A DNA stretch of 64,000 bases, from the NCBI GenBank assembly GCA_965262115.1, contig OZ253496.1, forward strand, positions 1,760,001-1,824,000, in the 5' to 3' direction. The notes under the pieces are model-generated. The model had not been told where the DNA came from, did no database searches, and saw nothing but the letters and a program-made list of their open reading frames with translations. The stretch comes from Nitrospinales bacterium (GTDB taxonomy: Bacteria; Nitrospinota; Nitrospinia; Nitrospinales; VA-1). The translations under genes were made by a program, and so were the position numbers. Shown here piece after piece: positions 19,225-31,371 of the stretch. The stretch's first letter is position 1. Every line of letters begins with the position of its first letter.

Positions 19225-20982
19225 CTATCTATTCGATAAAAGATAGATCTTTTCCGTGAGGCTTGAAACACCCGCAGACTCTGCTTTTCCCCAAAGCTCT
19301 TTCAACCTCTCCCCGTCAATACGTCTTTTCAACCAGATGGTATCTTCCGCCACCACCTTTAAAGAGGCATCAGAAAAATTGCCCCAAAAATCTTTTTCCC
19401 GCATGACAATCAAAACCTTTTCATTCGCATTCATGAACTGCCGAATTTGTCCGGGCTGCGACAGGTTGAATGATTTTTGCCCTGTCAACACACCCAATCT
19501 CGCTCTTTGATTACCCAACCGGTATACCCCTATAGGATCGGAAATCTTTTCCGATAATATTTTTTCAGAAAATAGCTTCATCGGATAACGATTGACATGG
19601 GGAAGGACTTCCCCACTCAAAAAGGAAAATGCAAGAACAAGAGAAAAAGAAATGACAAAAACTTGTTTTCCATATTGCCGTTTCCTATCAAACCTGAACA
19701 CGCTAACACCTGCTACCAAAAACACAGCCGGCAAAAAGAAAAAGTGCGCAGGAGTGTTATGTATCAAATCAAGACCATACAGCGCCACGCCTGAAAATAT
19801 CGCAGTCACTAGAAGAACAACACCCGTTAAAATTGCTGGCACTTGATAAACCGACCCTCTCAATTCATTTTTTTCCATATCCACGAAAAACTTTGCGACC
19901 AATATTGCAATTGCAGAGGAGGCAGGCAGCATATAGCGGCTATGCTCTGTCCGGACAAGGGTGAATAGAACCAGGCATACCAGAACCCAGATATAACAAA
20001 ACAGAACCGGCTCATTCCCCCTGGCAAACAACGACTGGAAACGGGTCTTTATGTTATTGGGAGCCTGCCTGAAGTATTCCGACAATCCTAAGGCCGGGGA
20101 ATAACCGTAAATGCCAGATTGATGGAGAACCGCCGCGAGAAAAAATAATACCCAGGGCACGTAATAACGAAACAACACCCCGAAGTAATAAAAGCTGAAC
20201 GGGGTATCATGAACCAGCCTGTTTTTGATCTCGGCCCCGATAACATGGTTCTTAAATTCGTCGCCATGCAGAAGAAACATCGTCGTAAACCAAGGGACAA
20301 TCAACAGCGATAAAATCAAGAGGCCTGGTCCAATGTGCATTTTAGACAACCCTCGCCACCCTCTAGTTCCAAAAAGAAAAATCAGCACAACCACACCAGG
20401 GATGATGATTGCTGGAGGCCCCTTGGTCATGAACCCCAAAGCCATTGCCAGGTAAAACAAATAGGCATCCATTTTTTTCTTAAAGTCACTCTGGTATAAA
20501 CGTACAAAATAATAGAGCGCCAAGAGAACGAAAAAACTCATAACGATGTCTGTAGTGGCCCATCGAGAAATCTGAAAATGCAGATAAGTGGCTGGCAAAA
20601 TCAAAGCGCTGTACAAAGCAATTCTTCCTTCGAACAACCGGCTGACAAAAAGATAAAGCAGTCCAATTGTGAGGCTTCCGAAAAATACGGAAGTCAACCG
20701 GGCCGAAACCAGGCTCACGCCAAATACCTTATAAGAAGCGGACATCAACCAGTAATACAGGATGGGTTTGGCAAATCGTTTTCTATCATGGTAAATGGGA
20801 GTCAGATAATCCCCCGACTCAACCATGTTACGGGTGGACTCGACATAATAATTTTCATCACTATGATAAGGAGGGACTCCACCGAGCTTGTAAGTCAATG
20901 CAAAAAAACAAAAAATCAACCAGAAGAATACAAGTTGTTTTTCAGTTAGCTTGTTGAAGAGATCTTGAAGGAAGGTCAACAT
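19225..20982 (-). CDS. ArnT/GT39-like membrane glycosyltransferase
   Basis: DENYY..RNM, FAKPILYYW, MTKGP, RYMLP. Confidence 0.9.
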   Translation of the reverse strand: MLTFLQDLFNKLTEKQLVFFWLIFCFFALTYKLGGVPPYHSDENYYVESTRNMVESGDYLTPIYHDRKRFAKPILYYWLMSASYKVFGVSLVSARLTSVFFGSLTIGLLYLFVSRLFEGRIALYSALILPATYLHFQISRWATTDIVMSFFVLLALYYFVRLYQSDFKKKMDAYLFYLAMALGFMTKGPPAIIIPGVVVLIFLFGTRGWRGLSKMHIGPGLLILSLLIVPWFTTMFLLHGDEFKNHVIGAEIKNRLVHDTPFSFYYFGVLFRYYVPWVLFFLAAVLHQSGIYGYSPALGLSEYFRQAPNNIKTRFQSLFARGNEPVLFCYIWVLVCLVLFTLVRTEHSRYMLPASSAIAILVAKFFVDMEKNELRGSVYQVPAILTGVVLLVTAIFSGVALYGLDLIHNTPAHFFFLPAVFLVAGVSVFRFDRKRQYGKQVFVISFSLVLAFSFLSGEVLPHVNRYPMKLFSEKILSEKISDPIGVYRLGNQRARLGVLTGQKSFNLSQPGQIRQFMNANEKVLIVMREKDFWGNFSDASLKVVAEDTIWLKRRIDGERLKELWGKAESAGVSSLTEKIYLLSNR

Positions 20983-21270
20983 AAGTCAAAGCGGAGTGAA
21001 TGAAACAGGGTTTCTGGAAAAGATATTAAAAAACAAGGCTCGTCTTCACACATCATATTACTGGCAATTTCTCAATTTGAGTTTTAAGCTATTTTAAAAA
21101 TTTATTCAGAAAAAGCCTATTGTGCCAAGCCAAATCAGGAAAAATTATCTTTCCAAAGCATAACCATAATTAAATAGAAGAAATAAAGCAACCATGATAA
21201 TCTTCAAGGACAATTTTATTATTTTTTCCGCTCATAAAAAATTAACCTACTTGTGGAGTTCTGATTTACC

Positions 21271-22326
21271 TTGCTAAGTTTTCCCCGGGAAAAATTACCC
21301 AAAAACCCAAAATTCCTTATTATTAAACTACGCTCCATTGGAGACATGGTTTACAATACGGCGGTTTACACCCCTTTAAAAAAAAGTTTTCCTGATTGCC
21401 GTTTAACGGTACTGGTGGAGCCTTTTTCACTGGATGTGGTTCGCCATCATCCTGATGTGGATCAGGTTTTATGTTTTGAAAAAAAGTCCTGGGTGCACCA
21501 GCTTAAGTTTTATTATCGGCTTTTCGCAGACCGATATGATGTCGTGATTGATATGCATGAGGGAACGAGGGGGGCGGTCATGAGCTTTGTCACCCAAGCT
21601 CCCTACCGCGTTGGACACAAGCTTGCCAAACGATCTTTCTTGTACAACGTCAAGCTTGAATTTGGAGATCTGAGCCCTAAACATCCTATTGATTATCAAG
21701 TCGCCTTGATAAAGAAAATGGGTGTGGAGTTCGGAAAAATTTCTCCCTCCATTCATATTTCAGAATCAGCACAAATGAAGGCCGACCAATTATTGCAAGC
21801 AGCAGGGATTGACATTCACGAGCCATTTTGCATTTTGCACCCCGGAGCAAAGATTTATGACCGCTGGGAAGCCGAGAAATTCGCCCAACTCGCCGACACG
21901 ATTTATTCCCAGCACCGCATGAAAACTTTATGGACCTGCGGGCCGGGACAAAAACATATGGTCGATGAGATCACGCCCAAAATAAAAATTGCCCCCCATG
22001 CGTTCATCAGCACGGACCTCCAGGTACTTGGGGATATAACCCAAAAAGCGCGGTTTGTGGTGTGCCATGATGGAGGTTATATGCATTTTGCGGCCGCTCT
22101 TGGAACCCCGATGGTAGGTATGTTTGGATGGACGGACCCAAAGATTTGGCGCCCCTCCGGAAACAACGCAACCGTCGTTTCAAAAGAAATAGAGTGTCGA
22201 CCTTGCAACCGGCAAACAAGGAAGGAAATATGCTGGAATGGCAAACCCGAGTGTAAAAGCCGCATCACCGTGGAAGACATCCTTATAGCCATCTCCAAAG
22301 TCTACCCTGCGAATACTACGAGCTAG
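21271..22326 (+). CDS. GT9 heptosyltransferase-like protein
   Basis: KLRSIGDM, LHPGA, DGGYMHFAAALGTP. Confidence 0.9.
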   Translation: MLSFPREKLPKNPKFLIIKLRSIGDMVYNTAVYTPLKKSFPDCRLTVLVEPFSLDVVRHHPDVDQVLCFEKKSWVHQLKFYYRLFADRYDVVIDMHEGTRGAVMSFVTQAPYRVGHKLAKRSFLYNVKLEFGDLSPKHPIDYQVALIKKMGVEFGKISPSIHISESAQMKADQLLQAAGIDIHEPFCILHPGAKIYDRWEAEKFAQLADTIYSQHRMKTLWTCGPGQKHMVDEITPKIKIAPHAFISTDLQVLGDITQKARFVVCHDGGYMHFAAALGTPMVGMFGWTDPKIWRPSGNNATVVSKEIECRPCNRQTRKEICWNGKPECKSRITVEDILIAISKVYPANTTS

Positions 22327-23323
22327 ATTTTTCTGCCAGCACTTTTTCTACCTGCTCCCAAACCATGTCCACGGTTATACTTCGGAGATGGGACTCTTCC
22401 AGACAGGATTCTTCAACATTATTCTTTCCTTTTGAATCAATTTCCATGACCTGGCATAAATAATCGGGGATTTCATATGGACCGGAAACAGTGGGGGAAG
22501 TGGTTCCGAAAAGCGCCACAACTGGAGTTTTCGTGGCAAACCCGATATGCATCGGGCCCGTGTCGGCAGTTACAATAAGCCCGGCCTTAGAGATAACGCT
22601 GGCACTTACCTTAAGAGGATGGCTACAGTCTTCCGCTATCCGCCGACTATTGAGTTGGCTCAAAATAGTGACGGCTCGTTTTTTATCATCCGGCCCTCCA
22701 CCACCCAAAATTATATTCCAGGATGTGGTGCTGAGGATTCGACTTGCAAGTTCACTGAAGCGCTCTACCATCCATCGCTTTCTTTCAACCGAGGCACCCA
22801 AATTAAGATAAACATATTTTCCGGGACTGAAACCATGAGTCCGCAAAATTTTCTGCAACTCATCCAGAGTATCCTGATCAAAAAATATTTCCATCTGCCC
22901 GCCATCCGGTTTTACGCCAAACTGTTCCAGCATGATCAGCCTTCTCTGAATTTCATGAATAGTGTCATCAGTTTTCACGTGATGTGATTCGGGCACCCAA
23001 TCAAAATTTTGGAGACACCAAATCGGCAATGAACGAAACCAAGGCAGCATCCGTCTAAAATTGCGGTTGGAATGAAAAATAAAAATAGCGTCATAATGCC
23101 TTCCAAGCAATTTCACTCCTAAAAAAGGTTGGAGGTACCATTGGTTTTGGTATTCAAAAATTTGGTTTAGATGCGGATTAAACTCGAATAAAGGCTTCCA
23201 AGGCCGATTCACAACCAAATCAATTGCCATTTTTGGAAATGTCTTCTTCAAGGCCCGGATACCCGGAGTTCCCCAAAGACAGTCCCCCATTCCGGTAGAG
23301 CTAACTATAAGTACTCTTTTCAT
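22316..23323 (-). CDS. GT9 heptosyltransferase-like protein
   Basis: GMGD, LNLGAS..KRW, DTGPMH..TPVVALFG. Confidence 0.9.
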   Translation of the reverse strand: MKRVLIVSSTGMGDCLWGTPGIRALKKTFPKMAIDLVVNRPWKPLFEFNPHLNQIFEYQNQWYLQPFLGVKLLGRHYDAIFIFHSNRNFRRMLPWFRSLPIWCLQNFDWVPESHHVKTDDTIHEIQRRLIMLEQFGVKPDGGQMEIFFDQDTLDELQKILRTHGFSPGKYVYLNLGASVERKRWMVERFSELASRILSTTSWNIILGGGGPDDKKRAVTILSQLNSRRIAEDCSHPLKVSASVISKAGLIVTADTGPMHIGFATKTPVVALFGTTSPTVSGPYEIPDYLCQVMEIDSKGKNNVEESCLEESHLRSITVDMVWEQVEKVLAEKSSS

Positions 23324-23494
23324 AACTTTATAAAATCAAAAACTAAATTGGGCTTTGGATTCCTGAAACGAAAAAACATCTAAATCTCTAGAGGATGCAG
23401 AAAAACGCACGCCATCGACATGCATAGCCCGTTATGCTAAATTATAGTATAGCCCTATATCAGCAAATAACTATTCTACCTTTGAGTTCCTTTA

Positions 23495-24617
23495 TTGAAA
23501 ACCCTCCACATCTTACATTCCGAAGCGGCTCCCGGTTGGGGTGGGCAGGAAATCAGGATATTTCAAGAATGCCGGTTATTGTTAGAACGTGGGCACCGTG
23601 TTTCCATTGTTTGCCAGCCTGATAGTCCGCTTGGGGACAGGTGTAGCCGGTTCAGTCATCCTAGCCTGAACTATTTTCCCTTGCCCATGAAACGGGCCTT
23701 CAGTTTATCGGCTCTGTTTTCCCTGATACGCATTATCAAAAGTTCCCGGCCGGACATTCTTCACTCCCATAGCTCCATCGACAGTTGGTTGATCGCTATG
23801 GCGGGAACATTTTTGGGCATTCCCATTATTAGAAGCCGACATGTCATGATTCCAATACGAAATCATATTTTTAGCCGGTGGCTTTATGCAAAAGCCCCTA
23901 GCCGAGTCATTGCCAGCGGTAGGGGCATTGTAAAAATGGTCGCTGAACATACAGGGGTCTCCACTGATAAAATAATTTCTATCCCCGCAGGCGTTGATTT
24001 TCGAAGGTTTGACTTTCAAATTAGTGGAGGAAAAATAAGACAGGAACTTGGGGTAGCTCCCCATCAACCCTTGATCGGAAAAGTTGCTGTGATTCGCAAC
24101 TGGAAGGGTTATGAATATTTCGTGGACTCCGTCCCTTTGGTTTTGGAAAAATTCCTCGATGCTCGATTTGCCATCATCAGTGACGGGCCCGGATACGAAT
24201 CCATCCGTGCAAAAGTCAAAAACCAAGGCCTTGAAAAAACCATTTTCATGCTTGGTCACCGCGAAGACATTCCTGAAATCATGGCAGCACTGGATATCCA
24301 TTGCGTGGCTTCCTTCGCTGTAGAAGGAACGACTCAGGTCCATCCCCCAGGCCTTTGCCATGAAGACCCCCGTTGTCTCAACTCGCATGGACTCCATTCC
24401 GCCTATCCTTGGAAATGGCGAATGGGGCATTTTGGTCGAACCGAAAAACCCAAAGGACATGGCCAATGGAATCATAAAACTTTTAAATGAGCCTGAATTA
24501 GCCCGGGCTATGGCTGAAACAGCTTACACTTTCTGCAAAAATGAATTGAGCATTGACAAAATGATGGACCAAACTATAGCCGTTTATCGTGAAGTCCTGA
24601 ACGATTTACATCCTTAA
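23495..24617 (+). pseudogene. GT4 glycosyltransferase with +1 frameshift
   Basis: GWGGQEIR, HSHSS; an extra C near 24341 breaks EGTTQV-IPQAFAMKTPVV; the remainder continues in ORF 24360-24617. Confidence 0.85.
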
Positions 24618-24638
24618 TTTTTACAGTTTGCCTACACA

Positions 24639-25778
24639 ATGAAAATAGCCATCATCCGGCAAAAATTTGTTCTTTATGGAGGTGCCGAGCAGTTTGTGCA
24701 AGGCTATATTCAGAAGCTCGCCGAAGACGGACATGACATTCATATTTTTGCCAACCAATGGTCCCCTTCCAATCATCCCCATATACATTTTCATCATGTT
24801 CCGTCCTTTAAACTCAATTCTTTTTCAAGAACCCTGTCATTTGCCTGGTTTTCAGCCAGAGCTGTCGGAAAAGAACCCTTTGACATTATTCAGAGTCATG
24901 AAAAAACCTGGAAGCAGGATGTATACCGGGTTGGCGATGGATGCCACAGGGAATGGCTGGAGAAAAGAAAACAATTCCTCCCAAACCTGAAAGGATTTTT
25001 TCTTTCTTTTAATCCTTTTCACCAGTTGATTCTCAAGCTGGAAAAAAATCTGTTCAAGTCTGGGCGGTGTAGAAAATTCATCGCTATTTCCCAAATGGTC
25101 AAAAACGACATCCTCAAACATTATCACTGCCCGGAGGAAAATATTTCAGTGGTCTATAACGGTGTTGATCTGACACGTTTTCACCCTGAGAATAAAAACA
25201 GGCACAGGCAAAACATCAGAAAGGAGCTGGGAATTCCAGAAAGTTCCGTTCTTATTTTATTCGTGGGATCTGGATTTGAAAGAAAAGGACTAAAATCACT
25301 TCTTCAGGCAACTCAATATTTTCGCTCTGGAGATTGGAGGCTGGTAATAATGGGAAAAGGTAAATGGAACAAATATCTTCCGTTTGCCCCCGAAAACCTT
25401 AGGAGTCAAATTGTTTATAAGGAACCGGTTCCGGAAATTGAAAAATATTATTCTGCGGCAGACGTATTCGCCCTACCTTCCATTTATGAACCATTTGGAA
25501 ACGCCAATCTGGAAGCTTTAGCATCAGGGCTTCCTGTCATCACCACCCGCCATTGCGGCGTGGCCGATATCATCCAACATAAACTAAATGGCTTGATTGT
25601 GGAAAACCCCGAATCCGCTGAAGAAATTGCCGATAATATCAACATCCTCTTTGATCCGACCTTACGCCATTCCATAAGCCAAAATGGTCGAGTCTTGGCC
25701 GAACAGTTTTCCGTGGAGAAAAATACCCGCGAAATGTTGAAAGTTTATCAGGAGATCATTGCCACTCCAGGCAAATAA
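24639..25778 (+). CDS. GT4 glycosyltransferase (WaaG/RfaG-like)
   Basis: YGGAE, GSGFERKG, YEPFGNANLEALASG. Confidence 0.92.
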   Translation: MKIAIIRQKFVLYGGAEQFVQGYIQKLAEDGHDIHIFANQWSPSNHPHIHFHHVPSFKLNSFSRTLSFAWFSARAVGKEPFDIIQSHEKTWKQDVYRVGDGCHREWLEKRKQFLPNLKGFFLSFNPFHQLILKLEKNLFKSGRCRKFIAISQMVKNDILKHYHCPEENISVVYNGVDLTRFHPENKNRHRQNIRKELGIPESSVLILFVGSGFERKGLKSLLQATQYFRSGDWRLVIMGKGKWNKYLPFAPENLRSQIVYKEPVPEIEKYYSAADVFALPSIYEPFGNANLEALASGLPVITTRHCGVADIIQHKLNGLIVENPESAEEIADNINILFDPTLRHSISQNGRVLAEQFSVEKNTREMLKVYQEIIATPGK

Positions 25779-25826
25779 ACCTCTTATTGTATAAAAACTT
25801 TCTAAGCCACCGGATTGTAATTATCC
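25733..25826 (+). repeat. ~95-bp diverged direct repeat, left copy
   Basis: aatgttgaaagtttatcaggagatcatt..ggcaaataaacct..ctttctaagcc..ttgtaattat; partner at 30254-30345. Confidence 0.85.
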
Positions 25827-25862
25827 TGATGAGGTGCATGCTACGGTGGAGTTGGTTTGATA

Positions 25863-26798
25863 TCAATTTCCATTTATTATTTTATTGATAGTCCGCAAAG
25901 ATTGCGTGTGCCCATACTTCGTGTAGTGATGGTATCGGGGTTCAACGTAAATTTGATTAATATCAATTGGCACGTCGGAGAAAAAGTCCGAATAGGTAGC
26001 ATCAATAAAAAAAGCATTCACACCAGTATGCGAATTACAACATACGAGCTTGTATCCAAAATCATTAAATAAATTACTGAAGCTAGCCAATGAAGCCCCA
26101 TAATAATCATCACTTTTCCAAGTATGGTTCGGGTCATAATCAATTTGGAACTTTATGGGAGGTGGGAACTTGGCATTATATTCAACAATAAAAAGCTTGG
26201 GCTTAAATCCATTCGCCAGCAACTTTTCTACAAAATAAATATCGTTTCCATCAAGATCAAGTGAAATAACATCTAATTTCTCTGAATCAATTTCTGCGCA
26301 ACCTTTTTCCGTTAAATCTGAAATGTTTTCCAACGTAATCCATTCTCTTAAGTACGCAAACTTTTTGTGATTATCGCCGTTAATATCAAGCTTCAATTTT
26401 TCACCCCCCACCCAAAAACCTTTCCATCCCAGCGCTGCAAGTATCAATGTGTTATTTTCTGTCCCGTCACCAACACCAAATTCAGCATAAACACCGTCGT
26501 CAATCTGTTCAATTCTCCTCAATATTTCTAATGTAATTCCATCTTCATCGGCTTGAAAAAAACATTTCTTGCCAAATCTATTTAGAGGATTAGGATGGTT
26601 AGACTGAAGTGTTTTGGTTTGGTCAAAGAGAACCAAATTTTTAAGCTCTGCGAGCTGATTTCTAACCGGTTTATTTGTAAGGTTATGAAAAAAACATCTT
26701 ACATTTTTTACTACTGAATGTAATAACGGAACACACTTGTAAAGTTGCCTTATTGAGGACAAGGAACGGAAGGAGGAAGGAGTAAATTTGCGAGACAT
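25863..26798 (-). CDS. Putative SAM-dependent (FkbM-like) glycan-modifying protein
   Basis: EDGI..EFGVGDG, SLDLDGND, VEYN, NAFF motifs; AT-rich. Confidence 0.6.
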   Translation of the reverse strand: MSRKFTPSSFRSLSSIRQLYKCVPLLHSVVKNVRCFFHNLTNKPVRNQLAELKNLVLFDQTKTLQSNHPNPLNRFGKKCFFQADEDGITLEILRRIEQIDDGVYAEFGVGDGTENNTLILAALGWKGFWVGGEKLKLDINGDNHKKFAYLREWITLENISDLTEKGCAEIDSEKLDVISLDLDGNDIYFVEKLLANGFKPKLFIVEYNAKFPPPIKFQIDYDPNHTWKSDDYYGASLASFSNLFNDFGYKLVCCNSHTGVNAFFIDATYSDFFSDVPIDINQIYVEPRYHHYTKYGHTQSLRTINKIINGN

Positions 26799-27037
26799 CG
26801 TTGTTCTCTTTTACGCTTGTGAATAATTTGTGCAGTTCTATTTTACGCAGCAACCTATGAAAAGGGGTTAGAAGTAGGGAATACGTACCATCTGACAAAT
26901 CCGCAACAAGAGTTTGTTTTTGCCAAGGCCCGTTGACCTTATAGTCCTTCAACAACCATTTTTCAAGTTCAAAAACTTAAACTAATCAAACCGAAACACT
27001 CTATGCAAACATCTAACTTTCTTAGCAATCCTCTAAT

Positions 27038-28141
27038 TTAACTACATTTTGAGGCTGCCAGAATTTTATTGAACAAGTTGGCATAAGTTTTCGCTACTTT
27101 TTCCCAAGTGAAGCCTTTAAGAACACGATTTCTTCCGTTTTTACCATATTCAGTTCTTTTATTTTTGTTTTGCAATAAATCTATTATAGCTAGGGCTATT
27201 TCGTCTAAATCGTTCGGGTTGACCAGAATTCCCATCTTATCACGTTCAACCGCATCAGGGATACCACCACTGTCTCCACCCACGACAGCCTTTCCGGCAT
27301 AGCCTGCCTCAAGAAAAGCAATGCCAAATCCCTCCACGCTATTTTCGTATTGACGGCTTATCATCGCAAAAACATCACATTCATGATAACAAGCCGCAAC
27401 ATTTTCATTAGAAATCGCCCCGGCAAATGTGACCTTTTCCCTAAGGTTCAATTGGTGAAAAGCCAGGTTTTCCAGGTATTCCTTATCTGGACCGTCGCCG
27501 ACCATGAGGTAGTGAGCGTTTGGAATCGCCTTCAGTATCTTGGGCAATGATTTTAACAAGTGATCCTGCCCTTTATGCTTAGTCAATCTGGCCACTGTTA
27601 AGATGATAAGCTTCCCATCAAGATTATATTTTGCGCGGACATCGACATTGTTTTTTATTATTGGCGTTGTCCCGTGATTGATGACGGTGAGTAATGATGG
27701 GTTAACACCTAACCCCTTAAAGTGGTTTGCCGCGTATGTACTTCCCGGGACAAGCGCGGAAGCATGGTTCATCTTTTTAACAATGCTTTTTCTTTTCCTG
27801 GATTGAACCTCATGGCCATGTAATGCGACAACATAGGGCCTGCATAGAATTTTATTAATGTGATATGCAATGGTTAAATAGTTACCCCTTTGCACGATAA
27901 AAATAAGGTCTGCCCTGAGCATTTCGAATAGACATTTTTGATAAAGGTCAATTTTCGAAGAATACCTTAAGATATTATAGGGCCTTTCTATATCAAAACT
28001 TTTATGAGCAGGGGACGCAGGGGCAAGCACTGTAATGTTAAAATTCAATTTCGCCAGAGGCAGGGCAAGTTGGGATGAGTATGTGGCTAAACCACCTAAC
28101 TGAGGGGGGTACGAATTAGCACAAATTAATATTCTAGGCAT
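27038..28141 (-). CDS. GT4 glycosyltransferase (PimB-like)
   Basis: YPPQLGG, VARL..HKG, EGFGIAFLEAG. Confidence 0.9.
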   Translation of the reverse strand: MPRILICANSYPPQLGGLATYSSQLALPLAKLNFNITVLAPASPAHKSFDIERPYNILRYSSKIDLYQKCLFEMLRADLIFIVQRGNYLTIAYHINKILCRPYVVALHGHEVQSRKRKSIVKKMNHASALVPGSTYAANHFKGLGVNPSLLTVINHGTTPIIKNNVDVRAKYNLDGKLIILTVARLTKHKGQDHLLKSLPKILKAIPNAHYLMVGDGPDKEYLENLAFHQLNLREKVTFAGAISNENVAACYHECDVFAMISRQYENSVEGFGIAFLEAGYAGKAVVGGDSGGIPDAVERDKMGILVNPNDLDEIALAIIDLLQNKNKRTEYGKNGRNRVLKGFTWEKVAKTYANLFNKILAASKCS

Positions 28142-28317
28142 CGTGGTGGACCAATCTTTTTTTAATTTAACAACTTTTTGCGCCACTCTAACGATATTCT
28201 TTTAAGGATTCAAGTTCTCCGCAGATATTGTCTTGATCTCCCCTAGAAAACTGAACATAGTGATCCATATTTTATGTTAGAATTTGGGTCAAAAACTTGA
28301 TGTTCATGGAGGATAAA

Positions 28318-29389
<1,072 letters not shown>

Positions 29390-29391
29390 AT

Positions 29392-30255
29392 ATGCGAATT
29401 TTGGTTACGGGGCTCAATGGATTTACCGGATGTCACCTCCAACCCGAATTGGCAGCTCAAGGGCACGTCGTCAAGGGATTAAACGCCGATTTGACTAATC
29501 CGGTAGCTGTCTCAACCGAGATTTCGCAATTCAAACCAGAAGCCGTAGTTCATCTTGCTGCTATCTCTTATATTGACCACGGTAATGCCCGTGCATTTTA
29601 TGAGGTCAACCTGATAGGTGCACGAAACCTGCTGGAAGGTTTAGACCAACACGCGCCCGATGTGCGCAGTATTTTATTGGTGAGCAGTGCCAACATATAT
29701 GGTAATCATACAGAGGATATTTTAAGCGAAGAAACCACACCAGATCCAGCCAATGATTATGCCGTGAGCAAATTGGCCATGGAGCAAATGGCCCAGTTGT
29801 GGGTTGAGCGACTACCACTGTTCATTGTTCGGCCCTTCAACTATACCGGTATCGGGCAGAAAAAACAGTTTTTGATCCCCAAGATTGTTGCTCACTTTCG
29901 GGAAAACAGACCGCTTATCGAGCTCGGCAATCTCGATGTTTGGAGGGAGTTTGGGGATGTACGTTCCGTGGTTAATATTTACAGAAAACTATTAGAGCAT
30001 TGCCCTGCAGGTGACACCCTGAATGTATGCACTGGCCAAACCTACTCATTGCATGAGATAATTGCATTGTGTGAAAAAATTACCGGGCATAGCATCGAAA
30101 TCCAGGTAAACCCTGAATTTGTCCGCGCTAATGAAGTGCGTGAATTAAGAGGTTCCAGCAGTCGCCTCAACAGGCTAATCGGAGAAAGAAAGTCATTCCA
30201 TATTGAGGAGACGCTGACATGGATGCTGAATGACGAAAAATTCAACTCGGCTTAA
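29392..30255 (+). CDS. rmd: GDP-4-keto-6-deoxymannose reductase-like SDR
   Basis: TG..GFTG, SSANIYG, YAVSK, RPFNYTG; directly after gmd. Confidence 0.75.
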   Translation: MRILVTGLNGFTGCHLQPELAAQGHVVKGLNADLTNPVAVSTEISQFKPEAVVHLAAISYIDHGNARAFYEVNLIGARNLLEGLDQHAPDVRSILLVSSANIYGNHTEDILSEETTPDPANDYAVSKLAMEQMAQLWVERLPLFIVRPFNYTGIGQKKQFLIPKIVAHFRENRPLIELGNLDVWREFGDVRSVVNIYRKLLEHCPAGDTLNVCTGQTYSLHEIIALCEKITGHSIEIQVNPEFVRANEVRELRGSSSRLNRLIGERKSFHIEETLTWMLNDEKFNSA

Positions 30256-30345
30256 TGTTGAAAACTTACCAGGAGATCATTTACCACTCAAGGCAAATAA
30301 ACCTGCATAAAAAGCTTTCTAAGCCGCCGAATTGTAGTTATTCCG
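30254..30345 (+). repeat. ~95-bp diverged direct repeat, right copy
   Basis: aatgttgaaaacttaccaggagatcatt..ggcaaataaacct..ctttctaagcc..ttgtagttat. Confidence 0.85.
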
Positions 30346-30534
30346 GGGAACAACATATTCCATATCCAGCTTCTTCTTCACCCAAGTTGGAACCTGCTGG
30401 CGACTGCTTGGGTTCAGGGTTTTGTTCTCTTCAGCAGTTTGAAACATATTCCAATGCGTTCTGCTGAGTTCTTCAGCCGAAATAATCCTTTTAATTTTTC
30501 CTTGAGCATTGAAAATCTTCACCTCGTAAAACAT
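30319..30534 (-). CDS. Small hypothetical protein
   Basis: 71 aa with GGGAG RBS. Confidence 0.65.
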   Translation of the reverse strand: MFYEVKIFNAQGKIKRIISAEELSRTHWNMFQTAEENKTLNPSSRQQVPTWVKKKLDMEYVVPRNNYNSAA

Positions 30535-30826
30535 AGCTTTTCTCCCAAAAGGTCAATATTCGCATCTACCTTCTAACTGCAAGGCCTCTGCCAAAATCTT
30601 CCGGCCCGGGAAAAAAGAGTTTAACTGACTAAATAACAATGATTTTAATAAGTCGCCCTAAAAGGGGGAGACGTTGCAAATGCCAAATTAAGTTGGCACC
30701 CAAAACATACTCGTAAAAATACCAATACAATACTTGTAGTTAGCAGACTGGCAAAATTAATCAGGGTATTGTGGGTAACCATAAAACAGAAACTTAAGAA
30801 GGTCCCTCGCCTACTAGGCGTGGTGC

Positions 30827-30956
30827 TGTGATATCCCCTTAATAATTTTCATGCCCCGGAAGGGGGACAATGAGAACGTGATATTCTTCATTTGCTGTGA
30901 TGACCTCTTCATTACTATTCATGCCCGGCACGGATACTTGGTGCCCCGGAGGGGTA
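30827..30956 (+). repeat. Three ~40-bp micro-elements, one nested in another
   Basis: Copy 30827-30868; copy 30877-30895 plus 30937-30956, split by copy 30896-30936. Confidence 0.85.
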
Positions 30957-31031
30957 ATAAATCGTCAAACCAAGAACGCGTTTGCTCGCCAACAAAAAAT
31001 ATGCAAGACACTTGCGGAGGCTCTCCGCTCA

Positions 31032-31265
31032 CTACTTGGTTTTGGAATGCGTGCCGTCACAGAAAGGAGAATTCCCTGTGCGCCCACAGTCACAAACCAC
31101 ATATCGCCGGGCTTCCTCTATGGTAAATTCTTTGGGGGACTTACCGGTATTTTTAGAGCTATGTGAACCATCACAATAAGGTTTCGTGGCAGGTTCCCCG
31201 CAGGTGCAGAAAAACTTTTTGCCTTGGGTCTCATCTGTAAAAATAGGACTGTTTTCGTAAGCCAT
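31032..31265 (-). CDS. CDGSH iron-sulfur domain protein (two motifs)
   Basis: CTCG..PYCDGSH and CDCG..PFCDGTH. Confidence 0.93.
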   Translation of the reverse strand: MAYENSPIFTDETQGKKFFCTCGEPATKPYCDGSHSSKNTGKSPKEFTIEEARRYVVCDCGRTGNSPFCDGTHSKTK

Positions 31266-31371
31266 GAATAATCCTTTTATTTAAGTTTTTAAAAAGGGAA
31301 CGGTTGTAAAATTTTTTAAAGTTGTCAATGGGTTTTCATTTTACAAGCTCTTTAAACAGCAAAGGGGTCCT

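Noticed and set aside
26810..26960. Possible transposase fragment between the cassette genes
   Set aside because: Too degenerate (several stops) to support by eye.
30896..30936. Micro-element as a group II intron remnant or integron attC site
   Set aside because: No domain V or GUGYG start, and no RYYYAAC/GTTRRRY boxes.
30827..30956. Clustered ~40-bp repeats as a CRISPR array
   Set aside because: Copies are divergent, nested and dispersed, with no regular spacers and no cas genes.
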